Part shown: positions 1 through 12,700 of the stretch, piece by piece
Layout: each line of letters starts with the position of its first letter
How positions within the stretch are numbered: position 1 is the stretch's first letter
NCBI GenBank assembly: GCA_054600435.1
Contig: BAAIJX010000037.1
Span: 124,001-188,000 of the forward strand
Direction of reading: 5' to 3'
DNA from: Neophaeotheca triangularis
Lineage: Eukaryota
Length of the DNA: 64,000 nt
Position numbers and translations under genes: made by a program
Notes under the pieces: model-generated
What the model was told of the DNA's origin: nothing
Databases searched by the model: none
What the model saw: only the letters and a program-made list of their open reading frames with translations

Positions 1-276
1 ACAATCCAAGAGTAAGGGAGTTCGATCCAAGGTTGACCTGGTACGACCCGACTCAGTTTGAAAGATTCCAGACTCGGTCGATTCCCATCCCTCCCCCCCC
101 CCCCCCCCCAACCAACTTAGTTTGACAGACAAAAAGCACACGGCAGACCCAAGCACTCGCGCGGGGGAAAGACTTGCATCCGACCCCCCTACCACCGCCG
201 TCACACCAAAGATCAGCCCCCCATCCCCCCCCCTCCACATCATCAAAAGATCAGCCCCCAGATCAGGAAATCAAAC

Positions 277-2739
277 TCACCCACCAACCCCCCACCGTCC
301 CCTCAACCCCTCACACCACCGCCCATAAAGCACCTCCCCGAGCATGCCGACGTGCTGCAATCCGCCCTCCCTCTCGCCCGCAGTGCCATCCCCCTCACCT
401 CTGCGCCGATCCGCAGCACCACCCCTGGGCATCTTCGCCTCGAGCGCGGCCTTCTCCTCCCTCTCCCTAGCGCGTCGGAGAGAGAGCTCGCGCTCTTTGC
501 TTTCGTCTTTGCTCTTGGGTTGGGGTTGATGTTGTTGTTGCTGCTGCTGCTGCTGGGTTTGCGAAGAGCCAGAGCCAGAGGTTCCATTCCTCAATTTCCT
601 GAGATGAGGGTTCGCGGGGTTGAGCACGAGCTTACTTGGACTCCTCTGGGGGTCTCCATCCTTCTGCGGCGAGGTGGAGGGGACAGACTTGATGGGTGAG
701 GAGAGCGGCGTGGGGGCTCTGTAACCCTCTTCGCTGTCGTTCGCGACACTGCCGTCTTTTTCCGCGTCCCTGGTGCGTGTACTCTTGGCCTCGGCTTTAG
801 CGACCGACGCTGTCACGGGCATCAGTGTGGCGGCGAGCTTTGCATCCCCTTTCACGCTCTCGAAAACCGCGCGGAAGAAGTCTAGCCCGCCTTCGGGGTC
901 TAGCTCGTTCACTCCGCTTAGGGCGTCGGCGAACCGGTTTAGGACTTGGCGCTTGTGGTTGTCGGCTGTGAGGTTGTAGATTTGAGTGAGGGAGGGGTCG
1001 ACGTGGTGGGCGTGGAAGCGGTTGTAGAGGACGGAGTTTTTGGTCTGTGCGGGTTGTTGTAGGTGAGAGGGATGAAGGGGTTGGTTTTGGGGGTTTTTGG
1101 TTTTGACGGGCGAGGCGGATAGGGAGGTTGCGGGCGTGGTCGTCCTGCTATGACTATGCGAGGGAGCCTGGTTTTCGGCGTCCGAGTCAAATATGCTGTC
1201 GTGTTGGCTTTGCACGGAATTGGTGGGGGAGGGGTCTTTGGGGTTAGTGAGGCGGGTCTGTGTGTGGTGCTTGGTCGGTTTGTCGTTGCCTGACGACACG
1301 CGCTTGAATTGCCGCACTGTGCTTGTGCCGTTGCCAAAGGACATGTCTAGACCTAGTGGTTGCTTGGGTTGTAAGGGGGTCTGTCCGCTGACTCGCCGTG
1401 CCGTGGGTGTGTTGCCTGAGACGTGTCGGCCGCTGATACGTCTGGCGGTGGGGGATGAAGCGGAGACTTTGCGCGCGGTGATGTTGGAGACTTTACGAGA
1501 GCTGCTGAGACGCGGTTTCGGGGTGCGGATTGTAGAGGGTTCTTTCGTGGGAGTCGTGTTGGCGTTGGTGATGTCGCCTAGAGGTGCGGCATCGAGGTTC
1601 ATGTTCTCCATCCCCATGGCGGCGTTCTCTACATCACTGTCGATGCTGCCGTCTCCACTCGGTATCCGCGAGAGTTTGCGGCGTTTGATGGTGTGCTTTT
1701 GGAGGATATTTTGTTGCTGGCGCATGCTGGGAGGCGGTCTGATGGTGTCAAAAACCCATTCGTCGTCATCTTCGTCTTCGACATTCCCCATAGTCTTGAG
1801 CGTCTCCTCGTAATATCTCAAATCTCGCTCACCGCGACCACCATCCTGTTGATACCTCCTCGCATCCCTCACCAACTGCCTCAACGATTCCGTCTTGCCC
1901 GCCTTGCGAATGAATGAATGCTTCAACAACGCCCTAGCAGAAGGTCTCCTCTCCGGGTTCTTGTCCAGACACATCCGAACAAAATCCTTAAACTCCCGAC
2001 TAAACTGACTCCCCTCCAACCTCGGCGGCTTCTCTTTCGGAATCAAAAACAGCACCTTCATGGGATGGACATCACTCCTCGGAGGCTCCCCCAATGCCAT
2101 TTCCATGGCCGTGATCCCCAAAGACCAGATATCCGCGTGAAAGTCATACCCAGCCTCCTGAATAACCTCGGGCGCCATCCAAAACGGAGTCCCGACAAAT
2201 GTCAACCGCTGACTCTTGATATTCGTCAATTGCGCCGCGACACCAAAATCGGCAATCTTGACATCTCCACTCTCACTCAGCAAGACGTTGGCGGCTTTGA
2301 TGTCGCGGTGAATCTTCCCCGTACTGTGCAAGTAGTCCAACCCCCGCAGCAGCTCTCTCATGATGATGGCAATGTAGGCTTCGGCCATGGGGCCGGGTCG
2401 GATTAGATCTAGGCAGGACCCGCCTCCCAGATATTCCATGACGATCCATAACTTGACGCCTTTGACAAAGGAGGAGCGGTAGCGGGTTACGTGGTTGGAG
2501 GAGCAGGTGGCTAGGAGGGAGATTTCTTGTTGGATTTCGCGCATGTCATCGTCGCTGCCTTCGAGGTCGATGTGTTTGATTGCTACCGTCTCGTTGGTTG
2601 GGAGGTGGAGGGCTTTGTAGACTGTGCCGAAAGAGCCGCCTGGGTATTGTTAGTAGGGGGTTGCAGGGTAGAGTGGTTTGAGTGGGTATGACTGCTTACT
2701 CCCTAGCTCCTCGAGCATTTGATACTCGTCGGCGGACAT
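277..2739 (-). CDS. sid1: STE20/GCK-family Ser/Thr kinase, Sid1/SepL-like; 2 exons (2739-2700, 2639-277)
   Basis: Spliced N-terminus MSADEYQMLEELGSGSFGTVYKA (intron 2699-2640, GTAAGC...CTAAC...CAG). Kinase motifs VAIK, HRDIKAAN, DFG and the STE20 signature GTPFWMAPE, followed by a long low-complexity tail. Orthology to Sid1 rather than another GCK is inferred. Confidence 0.85.
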
Positions 2740-3057
2740 TGTGGAAGGGTATTGCTCTGGTGGTGCCTGGTGGATTCCAGGATAGGCGTCACTGGTTCCC
2801 ACACACGGGATGTACCAAAGGCGGTATTGATAGATTGATAGATGAGTAGTAATGGTATAGGCAAAGGCAAGGTGTGGCGGCGAAGGTCGAAGTGGATCGG
2901 AGAGTTGCGGAGGAAGAGGAGATGAATGTGGTACAAGGCAGTAGTAGTGGTTGACTACCTATACCTTAATTCTTGTGAGAATGGGTAGGTAAGTAAGTTA
3001 TTATTAAGTTAAGGTACACTTTGCCAGCCCATTTGGCCGCGAGCTCGAGGCCAGTAG

Positions 3058-3086
3058 TAAGTACAGTACAGTACAGTACAGTACAG
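3058..3086. repeat. (AGTAC)n microsatellite
   Basis: Direct reading: agtacagtacagtacagtacagtacag. Confidence 0.85.
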
Positions 3087-3620
3087 CAGTAGGTACAGTA
3101 GCACTACGAAGGAGACGGCTTGGCAACGGTCAACATTGAACGTGTCCGGCATAGCAACCGGCAGCAGCCCGGAGATTACATGGAGCTCGAGCTTGCGAGC
3201 TAGGAATACCTACAATCGAATAGATACAGGTAGGTAAGTACTAGTAAACATCAAGAACAAGATATCAATCATCGTAGGGAGTTTCTTCTCACCATAATCA
3301 GATGATATAGTGCTTCTAAAGCCAATATCAACAGTAACGAAAACAACAGCAACAATAACAATAACAATAGCAATCCCCTACACAAGCCACTACCGCGCTC
3401 AACTCCACCGCGGCTAAAACACACGCGACTCGAACCCTGCAGCGCGCAAGCAAGCAAGATGGCGTCAACCCAAGCCATTAACCGTCGGGTTCGTGCAACA
3501 GGTACCTTACCTTCTAGGTGGATCCCTTCTACCTCCAACTAGTTAAAACAAGAATCAGCCCTAAGCAGCATCTTCCACCTTTCCCACCTCCACCTGGGCA
3601 AACGTTCTTCAGGGGCTCTT

Positions 3621-3648
3621 GACGACGACGACGACGACGACGACGACG
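3621..3648. repeat. (GAC)n microsatellite
   Basis: Direct reading, about 9 copies. Confidence 0.9.
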
Positions 3649-4175
3649 GCTACGGCTCTGCTGATCCCATCGGAGCTCCCGTATCCTCAGCCCGGCTAGA
3701 CATGTACAGTACTAGTCGCCTCATACATCCCGAGTCCTGACCAAAGCGCCGTGGTTGTCGTGGAGATGCTGCGACGCTTGGACTTGAGGACGACTTGTCG
3801 GTCTGTCTAGTTGGTCGAAGAAGGTATTCATGTCTTTTTGTGAGTTGCTTGGGGAAATTGATGTCTCGTCCGCCTTGCGTTGTGCAGCCCTGGGGAGCTG
3901 CAATTGGTGTTTGGATTATCTCGCAACGCTAGCATGGTTGGTTAGTCTTGTTCTGGACCGTCTGCCTGCCTGACTGTAGGTAACTCGCAGTATTGTGCGG
4001 AGCAAATCTGAAGCTTAAGGAAAACAGGCCAGCGCGCCCGTGAATAGTAGGGACGGGGAACTAAGTCATGCATGTCGAATGGAGGCTGGCAGCGGCTTCA
4101 AAATGCCAATAATGTATGTATCTACCACGTCTACTAACAGCGCCACCGCCGAGTGTGAAGCCCCTCCACCCATCC

Positions 4176-6149
4176 CTACTGCCGCACAAAAACCGGCATC
4201 GAATCAAGCGGGCACTCGACCTCCACCTCCTGCCCCCCCTCCAACACCTCCCCCCCACCCCACTGCCTCCAAACCGCCCCTTTAGGCAAATAAACAACAC
4301 TCTTCCTCTGCCCCGCCTTCAAAACCGGCGCAACAAGATACTTCTCCCCATACAAATACTGCGTCTCGACCTCCCACGCCCTCTTATCCTCAGGGAACTC
4401 ATAAAACAGCGTCCGAATCACCGGACTCCCCCTCTCATGCGCCTCCCGCATCAAACCCCGCGTATACTCCCTCAACTCCTCCCGCACGCCAATATACCTC
4501 TTGCAAATCCCCTCAACCTCATCCCCATAACTCCAAATCTCGTTCGGCGCCCCGGGCGCCGTCGGCTGGCCCTCGGGCTTCGGCTCGCGGTCGCCGTGCA
4601 ACCGCATCACCGGGCAAAACGCTCCCCACTGGAACCAGCGCACAAAGAGCTCGCGGAAAGCGGCGTCGGCCGGGTTCCCGCCGTGGAAACCGCCAATGTC
4701 CGTCGTCCACCAGGGGATGCCCGCGAGCCCCATGTTCAAGCCCGCGGCCAGCTGGTTGCGCAGGCTGGCCCAGCTGCTGGCGATGTCGCCGCTCCAGACC
4801 AGCGCGCCGTATTTCTGGCTCCCCGCCCATGCGCACCGGAGGAGGTTGACGATGTTGCTTTGGCCCTCGGCGGCCATGCCTTGGTGGAAGGCTCGCGCGT
4901 ATTGTTTCGGGTAGGTGTTGCCGACTTGCAGGTCGCTGCCGGCGTGGTAGCGGTAGATGTCGAAGTCGTAGACGCTGTATTCGGGCTCTGCTTCGTCGAG
5001 CCAGAAGGCTTTGATGCCGTGGTCGTAGTAGTTTTGCTTGGCTTGTTTCCACACAAAGGCGCGCGAGGCCGGGTTCGTGGCGTCGAAGTGTGTCGTGTCG
5101 CCGTCGCATTGCATGGCTACTTTGATGCCGCGGTCGTGTCGGATTAGTAGGCCTTGGTCTAACATCGTTTCCCAGTTCCGGCTGGCTTTTTCCACCGTCG
5201 GCCAGATTGAGACCATGAGCTCGACTTTCATGTCGCGGAGCTCGGCGACCATGGCTTTGGGGTCCGGCCAGTATTTTGGGTCGAACGCCCAGTCGCCCTG
5301 GTGTTCCCAGTGGAAGAAGTCGATGACGATCAAGTCGAGCGGCACGTTGCGCTGCTTGTAGCCGCGCGCCACGTTTAGAAGTTCCTCCTGATTCGAGTAG
5401 CGCAACCGACACTGCCAAAACCCAAGCCCATACTCCGGCATCATGGGCACATAGCCCGTAGCTCGCGCGTACGCTTCTTCAATCTCGCGGGGATTGTCGC
5501 CGGCAACGATCCAGTAGTCAATCGTCTTGGTCGACTGAGACTCAAAACTCATCGTGTTCTTCCCCAGCACAGCACGGCCCACGGCGGGATTATTCCACAG
5601 CAACCCATACCCCAACGAGGAGAGGGCAAAAGGCACGCTGGCTTGAGAATTGCGATGCGCCATTTCCAAATCCGTGCCCTTGAGGTTGAGACACGGTTGC
5701 TGGTACTGACCCATGCCGTAGATCTTCTCATCGGGATCCAACGACTCGAGCCGCATCGTCGCATGGAAATCGCCACCGGCTATCCCGCGCAGCTCCCGCG
5801 CTTCCACGTTCAGCGCGCTGCACTTGGGATCCTCGAGATCGAGCCGGTGCCGCGCGTACTCTTCCAGCAACTTCTTGCCCGAGGCATGATCGAACATGGT
5901 GATTTTGCCTCTGCGGGAGACTTGGGCTTTGATCTTGCCGTTGGTGATTGTCGCCGTTTCGCCCGCGGGTGTTTGGACGCCGACGTCGTTGCTGGTGTCG
6001 GCGACTTTTTCTTCCAGAGCCCAGTTGTCGGTCGGCATGGTGCCGAGTTTGGTCGCGCGCACGCGGAGGGCGTTGGCGCCCCATGGCTCGAGCCAGAGGA
6101 TTTGGTCGTCGTAGCGGAAGATGAGTTTGTTTCCTTCGGCGTAGAGCAT
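4176..6149 (-). CDS. Glycoside hydrolase family 31 (alpha-xylosidase/alpha-glucosidase-like), intronless, no signal peptide
   Basis: GH31 motifs: YGMGQ, GFWQCRLRY, nucleophile WLDEAEP, acid/base VWSGD, TTDIGGF, RWFQWGAFCPVMRLHG, LVAPV and YLPKG. Confidence 0.93.
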   Translation of the reverse strand: MLYAEGNKLIFRYDDQILWLEPWGANALRVRATKLGTMPTDNWALEEKVADTSNDVGVQTPAGETATITNGKIKAQVSRRGKITMFDHASGKKLLEEYARHRLDLEDPKCSALNVEARELRGIAGGDFHATMRLESLDPDEKIYGMGQYQQPCLNLKGTDLEMAHRNSQASVPFALSSLGYGLLWNNPAVGRAVLGKNTMSFESQSTKTIDYWIVAGDNPREIEEAYARATGYVPMMPEYGLGFWQCRLRYSNQEELLNVARGYKQRNVPLDLIVIDFFHWEHQGDWAFDPKYWPDPKAMVAELRDMKVELMVSIWPTVEKASRNWETMLDQGLLIRHDRGIKVAMQCDGDTTHFDATNPASRAFVWKQAKQNYYDHGIKAFWLDEAEPEYSVYDFDIYRYHAGSDLQVGNTYPKQYARAFHQGMAAEGQSNIVNLLRCAWAGSQKYGALVWSGDIASSWASLRNQLAAGLNMGLAGIPWWTTDIGGFHGGNPADAAFRELFVRWFQWGAFCPVMRLHGDREPKPEGQPTAPGAPNEIWSYGDEVEGICKRYIGVREELREYTRGLMREAHERGSPVIRTLFYEFPEDKRAWEVETQYLYGEKYLVAPVLKAGQRKSVVYLPKGAVWRQWGGGEVLEGGQEVEVECPLDSMPVFVRQ

Positions 6150-6820
6150 TTTGTTTTGCGTATTGGAGGGTGCAGGGGTGAATGGGGAAAGTTGGGGTAT
6201 TGGAGGGAGTGGGGAGATTGAAATGGAAAAGTTACAGGATGGAAAGAGGAGACGCTACTTAACTATCACCACTTGTCGAGATATGATGGGAGGTTTTCCA
6301 CCGAAAGCCGCAGCTCTTGGGGTGAAATGTTGGTCTTGACCATTGAGCTGTTGCGAAGGCCGAGGATGGATCATGGAGAGCGGAGTTGTAGGTTCTTGAA
6401 CTTCTTACAGCGCGGAGTTCGTCTATTTAGCCGACACTGCTTTAGGGTCAGTGTTGGGGTTTGGTTACTATGTTGTCGTATGATGGGTAGTTCGATTGAT
6501 TCATGTGATGCAGGCAAAAGCTGTGGATGGATAGCATGCAAATGCTTGCGTGCGAAGGTTAGTGGTTAGCATGGGAGCTATCATATATGTTGTTTCCCCG
6601 GCTCTGCGAGCTGTTTCATACCACATAGTGGAAATGGCCAGACTTTCGTCACTTTCACTCAAGTTCGAGTGCAAGGGCTTCGTCCAGATTGACAGAGCCT
6701 CCCTCCACAACGAGAGATATCATAGGCTCCGTGCATGCGTCGCAGTGACTACAGAAATCGTCGAGTTTTCTCATCAAATGCCGCTGGTGAGAATGACGAA
6801 TGATCGTACTTCGAACCCCT

Positions 6821-7649
6821 TTATCCCAACTCCACGGCCCCCTCAGGAACGCCTTTTCTACTCTTCAACCTCCTCCCAAAAAACTGCATGATCGGCATCA
6901 TCTCCTTTCGGTTACTCGGCATAGCATCTCCGGCCTTACGGTACCGACTGACTTCCACAAATTCAAAACACCGCTTCACCTTCTCCTCAGCCGTAGGCGT
7001 GACACTGCTCGCACTACTCCCCGCACAAACCAGCACAGGAGTCTTGCAAGCAGGATTCAAAGAAGCGGCAGCGGAAGAAGGCATTCCGCCGCCAATGGAA
7101 ACGACTCCCCCCAACTCACCCTCCTTTGGCGACGATGAAGCAGCTTCGTGCAAGCCCACGGCGGCATCCAGACCAGCCATGCCGCCCTGTCCGAAACCAA
7201 AGACCACGACATCCCGTAGCGTATAGCCGCACTTCGCTACGAGAATATCTTGCAGTACCAGTTTGATGACGGCGCGTGCTTCCAGGAATCCGGCATCGGA
7301 ATCTAGCCCGCCTGTCGAGCTGTCGAAGAGGATGTCGTCGCCCCAGTGGTAGCCGCCGAGGTCCAGAAGGGTTTTGGGGCCTTGGAGGGAAATGCAGACG
7401 GTTTCGGGGAGATTGAGTTGGCTGCCGAGTTTTTCGAAAGGTTGGAGGGTGTCACCTAGGCCGTGGAGGAGGAGGAGGATGTTGGTGGGAGGGTCCGATT
7501 TGTTGGTGGCTGGAGTTGATTAGTTTGCTGTAGGATCTAGTGATAGCTGCGAAGCTGCGCCGCTCAGCAATTTACGGTCACTTACGAGATACAATTCCAA
7601 CCTTGAGATTCTCGGGAAAGTCTTTCGTGGTGGGGAGTCGTCCAGGCAT
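6821..7649 (-). CDS. Phospholipase/carboxylesterase (APT1-like) fold protein with degenerate catalytic residues; 2 exons (7649-7586, 7509-6821)
   Basis: Reconstructed MPGRLPTTKDFP...ILLLLHGLGD...VVFGFGQGG...VVSIGG...TPVLVCAG. Intron 7585-7510 (GTAAGT...CTAAT...CAG) keeps the frame. Confidence 0.8.
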
Positions 7650-8176
7650 GGCTGTTGGCTTCGGAAGGTGGCGTTGGTTCGTCGTTTTAGCTCATGAAGC
7701 CTTATACACTTTGAACTCGTGATTGTCGCTTTTTTTTTTGTTGGAAGCAATCAGCTAGATGTGCAGCAATGTTTCAATCCAGGATGTTATTTCACCAGAA
7801 GGCGGTCGTTATTCGAAACCACGGCAAAAGCTGTTGATGCCTTAGGCATGAACAGGGAACGGCAGCTGCGAAGCGAATCCTGTGGACTTGGACCTCACCT
7901 TTCATAACACCAGCAGGACTACCACCCCGGCAACTTGGACTGCCAGTAATCAGAAGCACGCTTATCGCGGAGACTGTGTATATAAAGCAAGATGGAGTCG
8001 CGAGAGCAGGTTGGTATTTGCTTCAGCTGCACCAGGCTGCAGGAAGAGGCAGACCATCGGCTGATGTACAGGAGGGCCTCATAGGGCATTGAACGAAGTT
8101 CCCACAATGCTCAACTCCGCATTATACGCCCTTTGGTTATTGCTGAGTGCGCCCTCTTGTAACTCCAGAGCAAAGC

Positions 8177-9212
8177 ATGCCGCAAGACCATCCATCACCC
8201 GATGATCATGCCGTCCCGAACCACGAAACTTTGCCGCAGCTCCATGAGCTTCGTCTCGCAGACTATGAGGCCGTTGCCTCTAAGACAATTTTTGATGGCG
8301 AATTGCCGCTTTGTACGCGCCGGTCTACCGAGCCGAAATCTGCACCGCATTCACCCTGAACCCGGAGACGAACCGCAGCATCTACACATCCGTGCTCTCC
8401 CTGGGCGAGAAGTGAGATTTAGCCTGGACAAGCTTAATCTTGGATGCTATGCAGATCCGATTGAGACCACCCTAGAAGTTGCCGAGCTGGCCCCTGAGAC
8501 TTCATATACTGCCTTGTCATCTACCTGGGGCGTTAGCGGCTACAAAAACGCCATACCCGCCTTCATGGCTATGGACAACCTTACACGAGCTCTTCGTCGC
8601 CTGCGTAATACAGCAGATACCAAAACTGTATGGATTGACGCAATCTGCATCAACCAGCTGGACCAAAATTGCGATTTCAGGGAGCTCAAGTCTCCGTAAC
8701 TACTGCCTTGTGCGAGAGAGCTCTCTGAGAATCTTCCCAGACAGAGTTTCGAGGTTTCATGAGCGGAGAAGCTCAGACACCAAGCACCGTGGAAGATAAT
8801 AAGTAAAAAACGCCACTTTGAACTCCTCTACATGGGCTGGCCACGTATACAGTACCTCTTTCAAACCGAAGCTCCATCGTGATTAGTGGATTTATGAAGC
8901 ATTCAGCAGCACTCACCAGAATCCGAATATGAGCATCGACTTCTCGATGTTCAGACAACTGACGCCGCAGACCTCGCCCTAGTTGACTTGCCATCCCGCA
9001 TTTTACCGCTGCTTCGCATTCGAGGACTACCACTTGGGCGGATTGATGGTGCTGGAATAGAATCACTCATCCTTGAAACTGACACGGGCTACCAGAACCG
9101 TGCGTGGGCTCTCCATGACGACGCGGAAGCGTGCAGCCAGGCACCAAGTAAGATCGGTGATGTGCTTCTTTGCATTTGCTCCAACGAACGTGCGCCTGCA
9201 TTGAGATTGTGA
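8177..9212 (+). pseudogene. Decayed HET (heterokaryon incompatibility) domain gene
   Basis: HET motifs YTALSSTWG, NLTRALRRLR and VWIDAICINQLD in ORF 8202-8699. Frame breaks and stops occur up- and downstream; extent is approximate. Confidence 0.7.
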
Positions 9213-9773
9213 AAGTGCGGAGAAGGATTCATCATTCTGGTAGATTCTCATCCTCTGCCCTTTATAGACCGTCTCAAAACCGTTCGTTACCTCAGACCCG
9301 GCTTTCCTCGTACTGTATGTAGTTCGTGGACGCCCATGGCAAATCATCCCCGTCACCGATACATGGCCGGTTGAACTTGAAGTCGGAAACACGATGACGA
9401 CGTCAAAGATCACGATATTCACAGGTGCGATGGAAGGTAAAGAAGTCTTTACAACCGTAGTAAGCGGTTCGTAGAACTCACGCCCCGGATGCCTCAATTG
9501 AGTACGTGGGTTAAGAATAGCTAGCTAGGTGGGCAAGCAAGTACATAAGCCGCAGATACGCAAAAGAGCAAAGAACCGAGGAAGCGCCAGACATACGAAC
9601 AATGGAATGGGGGTATACTGCAAAAGAGAAAATCACGCCAGCTAATGCGCAAGAGTTCACGCTTCTTGCGCAGGCGGAAGAAAAAAAAAATTAAGCAAGA
9701 GAAGCCCGCAAGATATCAAAACCTCACCGGGAAGACCGGATCTGCAGCACGAGCGTGTGAGGCGAGCAGACTA

Positions 9774-12700
9774 TCAGCTCCCCCCCTCACCAGCCTCACC
9801 CATGGGTCCGCGACTAGCCCACTCAGTGCCCGGACGATCGCGCCGAGTCCTGCGCGAAGAATTTACCGAGCGCTCCTGCCCATCAGCCCCGTCTCCTTCT
9901 CTCGCCTCGCCGGGCCGGTCGTTGATAGCCGGAACATCGTAATCCTCGCCATCAGAGTCCTCGCTCTCGGACCTGTTGATCTCCTCGTCCATTTCGTCGT
10001 CGTCCTCGTCATAGTCATCCATGACGGGGTCTCGAGGATCGTATCGCCCGTCGGCGTTGTATTTGTCCCTCTTGCGCACGTAGTCTTCGGAGTGGGCTGT
10101 GGCCATGGTGGTGCCGACGCGCTTGAGAGCCGCGAGCGTTGGGGTGTCGCCGCCACGTGGGGAATCCTTGGGACTCTTGGGGGTGTTTCTGCGGCGGAGG
10201 GAGGAGACGGCGGCAGTGACGGAGCGGCCGATGCGCGACTGCGACATGGAAGAAGACCGACGGCCGGCTTCGAGGTCGGCGCCACTAACATGGCTGTCGG
10301 CGGGGTTCAAGGCGGCGGAGGTGTCGATGGCTTCGCCGGGGTGGTTGGCTTCGCCTGTATGGTTTTGGGTGTCGGTCTTCACGGCGCCAGCGTGGCCCAT
10401 ATTCTGTTGGTTGCCAAGGAGCTCGGCAGAGGGGGAGTCACTGCCGCCGTCGAGGGTATAGGGTAGGGGAACGTCGCGACTAGCTCTGAAGCGGCCCATG
10501 TTGGTGCAGTGCTCGTTCTCTACGCGGAAGAGACTCCACAGACCTCTGCGTAAGACCTCGGAAGCGGCGAGCGAGAAGGCTATGATGCCGCTGTGTTGAA
10601 TGTCGTTGCGGAAGATCGCGTAGATGATCCAGTTGAAGCGGAGGATCGGGTCGACGACGATAGCAAAGTAATAGAGGGCTGGGGACTTATAGGCGAGAGT
10701 CGGTCGGAGGAATGTGTGCTTGGCGTACAAATCACCTAGCGACCAGTCCATGGCGATGTCCCAGACGCTGCAGTAAAGGCTGTTGATGGTGTTGAAGACG
10801 ACGAAAGCGGTAAAGTAGCTTGTTTGTTTGTCGATCCTAAAGAGGGAGATGGACATGTAGCTGAGGATAGTGAAGGTGTATTTGCCGCAATTCACCAGAT
10901 GTGGGAAAGCCTTGCGTGTATCGCAGTAGCGGCGGATGCACTGTATGGCTCGCCAGATTCCAGGTAGGGCCGTGAAGAAGCCGAGTAATCTGCTGTTGGA
11001 ACTATTGCATTGAGATGGCGAGGACCAGTGATGGGCGTAGAGGCAAAAGAACAAAGAGATATTGCCCATGGCGTAAGTGAGAGAGCAGAACATGTCACCA
11101 AGGAAGAAGTCACGAAATTCGACGCCCGTAACGCCTGCCGTGAGTAGACGAAACTGGAAGGTGTTAGCGTGCAAAACCAGGCTTCGGGACCGTGAGTATG
11201 AAAGACTTACGTTACTGTCCAAAAACCACCCCCGACTGCGCCAGTAAAAGTAGGGTGCAGGAAGGCACATCAACACGACAGATATGCCGACCAGAATCAC
11301 AGGCCAGTAGATGTACATGATCTCTCCGCCGATGCGTTCAAAGTTCAGTAGCATGACAAGGCCGAGCAGAAACATGAAAGTGGCCGGGATCTGCAACATC
11401 GTTAGCTTTTCTCTCGCCACCAAGTGCTCACGCTCCACTCACCTCTGCCAGTTGCCTCCAGTCCAGCACGTGCCTCGGGTCGAACTCGAAAATGAATTGG
11501 TAGTTAACCCTCGCGGTAGCAAAGATCTTGCAATCGAGCACGAACAGCCCAACCAGGAGCAAGGCCAAGAAGTATCCACCGTAGAGTTGAAGCAAGTAGG
11601 CGGTTTGCTCTTTGATGTCTGGAGTGGCCTCGAAGAGCAAGCGAGCACCCGATATCACCCCCATAATTGCCATCAGCAGCCCCGTACCCGCGAGCAGACC
11701 CAGCCTCATTGAACTGCCCGTGTAGTCGATGTCGTCTTTGACTCTGGCTCGGAGTTTGTTGACAGCAAACTTGTGGTTGCCTCGCTCAAAATACCGCGCG
11801 TACAGGTCTTCAACGGTCTGCATGTGGTTGTCGATGACATCTGACTTGTCAAAGTGGGCATGGTCTACATGCTCCGTCACGTATCGCAACCCAGGCCGTG
11901 CGTTCGTCGCTTTGTCGTACTTCTTGTTGATCTTGCGGAACGCCGTGCGGTTTGTGGATGAGTATGATTTCAGCTGCTCAAGAGACCTATAGTGCTCTGC
12001 CATGGCGACCTTGAGCTTACGTTTCGCCACGCGGTAGGGGACGTTGTGGTGGCGGACGTAATCTCTACGGGATTCGTCTGGATTTTGCCGGCGGCGGCCG
12101 GAGTCTGAGGTCCTTGGGTCTGTAGATTGGATCTCTGGACTGCCGAGCTCGCCCATCGCGGCAGACGTAGGGCCGAAACGGTTGGGGCGACGCACCTTAG
12201 CGAGCGCGTGGTCGATATGTTCGACTGCTGTGCCTACAAAGGGCGCGCTTGCCAACCGTGGCAACCGTGGCCGGAATCCGCCGTGAGTGCCCGGGTGGGA
12301 GCCTTTGCCTTCGCCAGCGGGGTTCTCGGCATGGTTCTTCTTCCTCTTGGCTTCCACAATCTCCCCCAGTCGCTGGGCGCGCATGACGTGTAGCTGCTCG
12401 CGGAGGGCGCCGAGCCGATCGGTGGCTTCGTTTTCCTTTGCAAGGTAAAAGCTTTCGACCTTCTCAAGTTCTTTGTCGAGGAAGGCGAAGAATTCTGCTT
12501 GTCGAAAGTCCACCTCGAGGTATGCTTCCAGGGCGACATCGTTGTCTGTCTGCTCCCTTGACGGTCCACCCTTCATGGAGAAGATCCGCTTCATGAAAGG
12601 CCTTTTGGAGTGCTCTGTGGCACTCGGCAGGGAGTTAACCCTCTTTGGCCGGAATACGCTGCGCAATCGAGGCGCTTGTAGAATCCTTGCGTGCTGGTTG

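Noticed and set aside
3300..3950. Possible small gene (ATG at ~3459 on +, or ORF 3721-3903 on -)
   Set aside because: No consistent spliced frame or recognisable product could be built.
4116..5418. Long alternative ORFs 4116-5147(+) and 4519-5418(-)
   Set aside because: Antisense or out-of-frame shadows of the GC-rich GH31 gene; no motifs.
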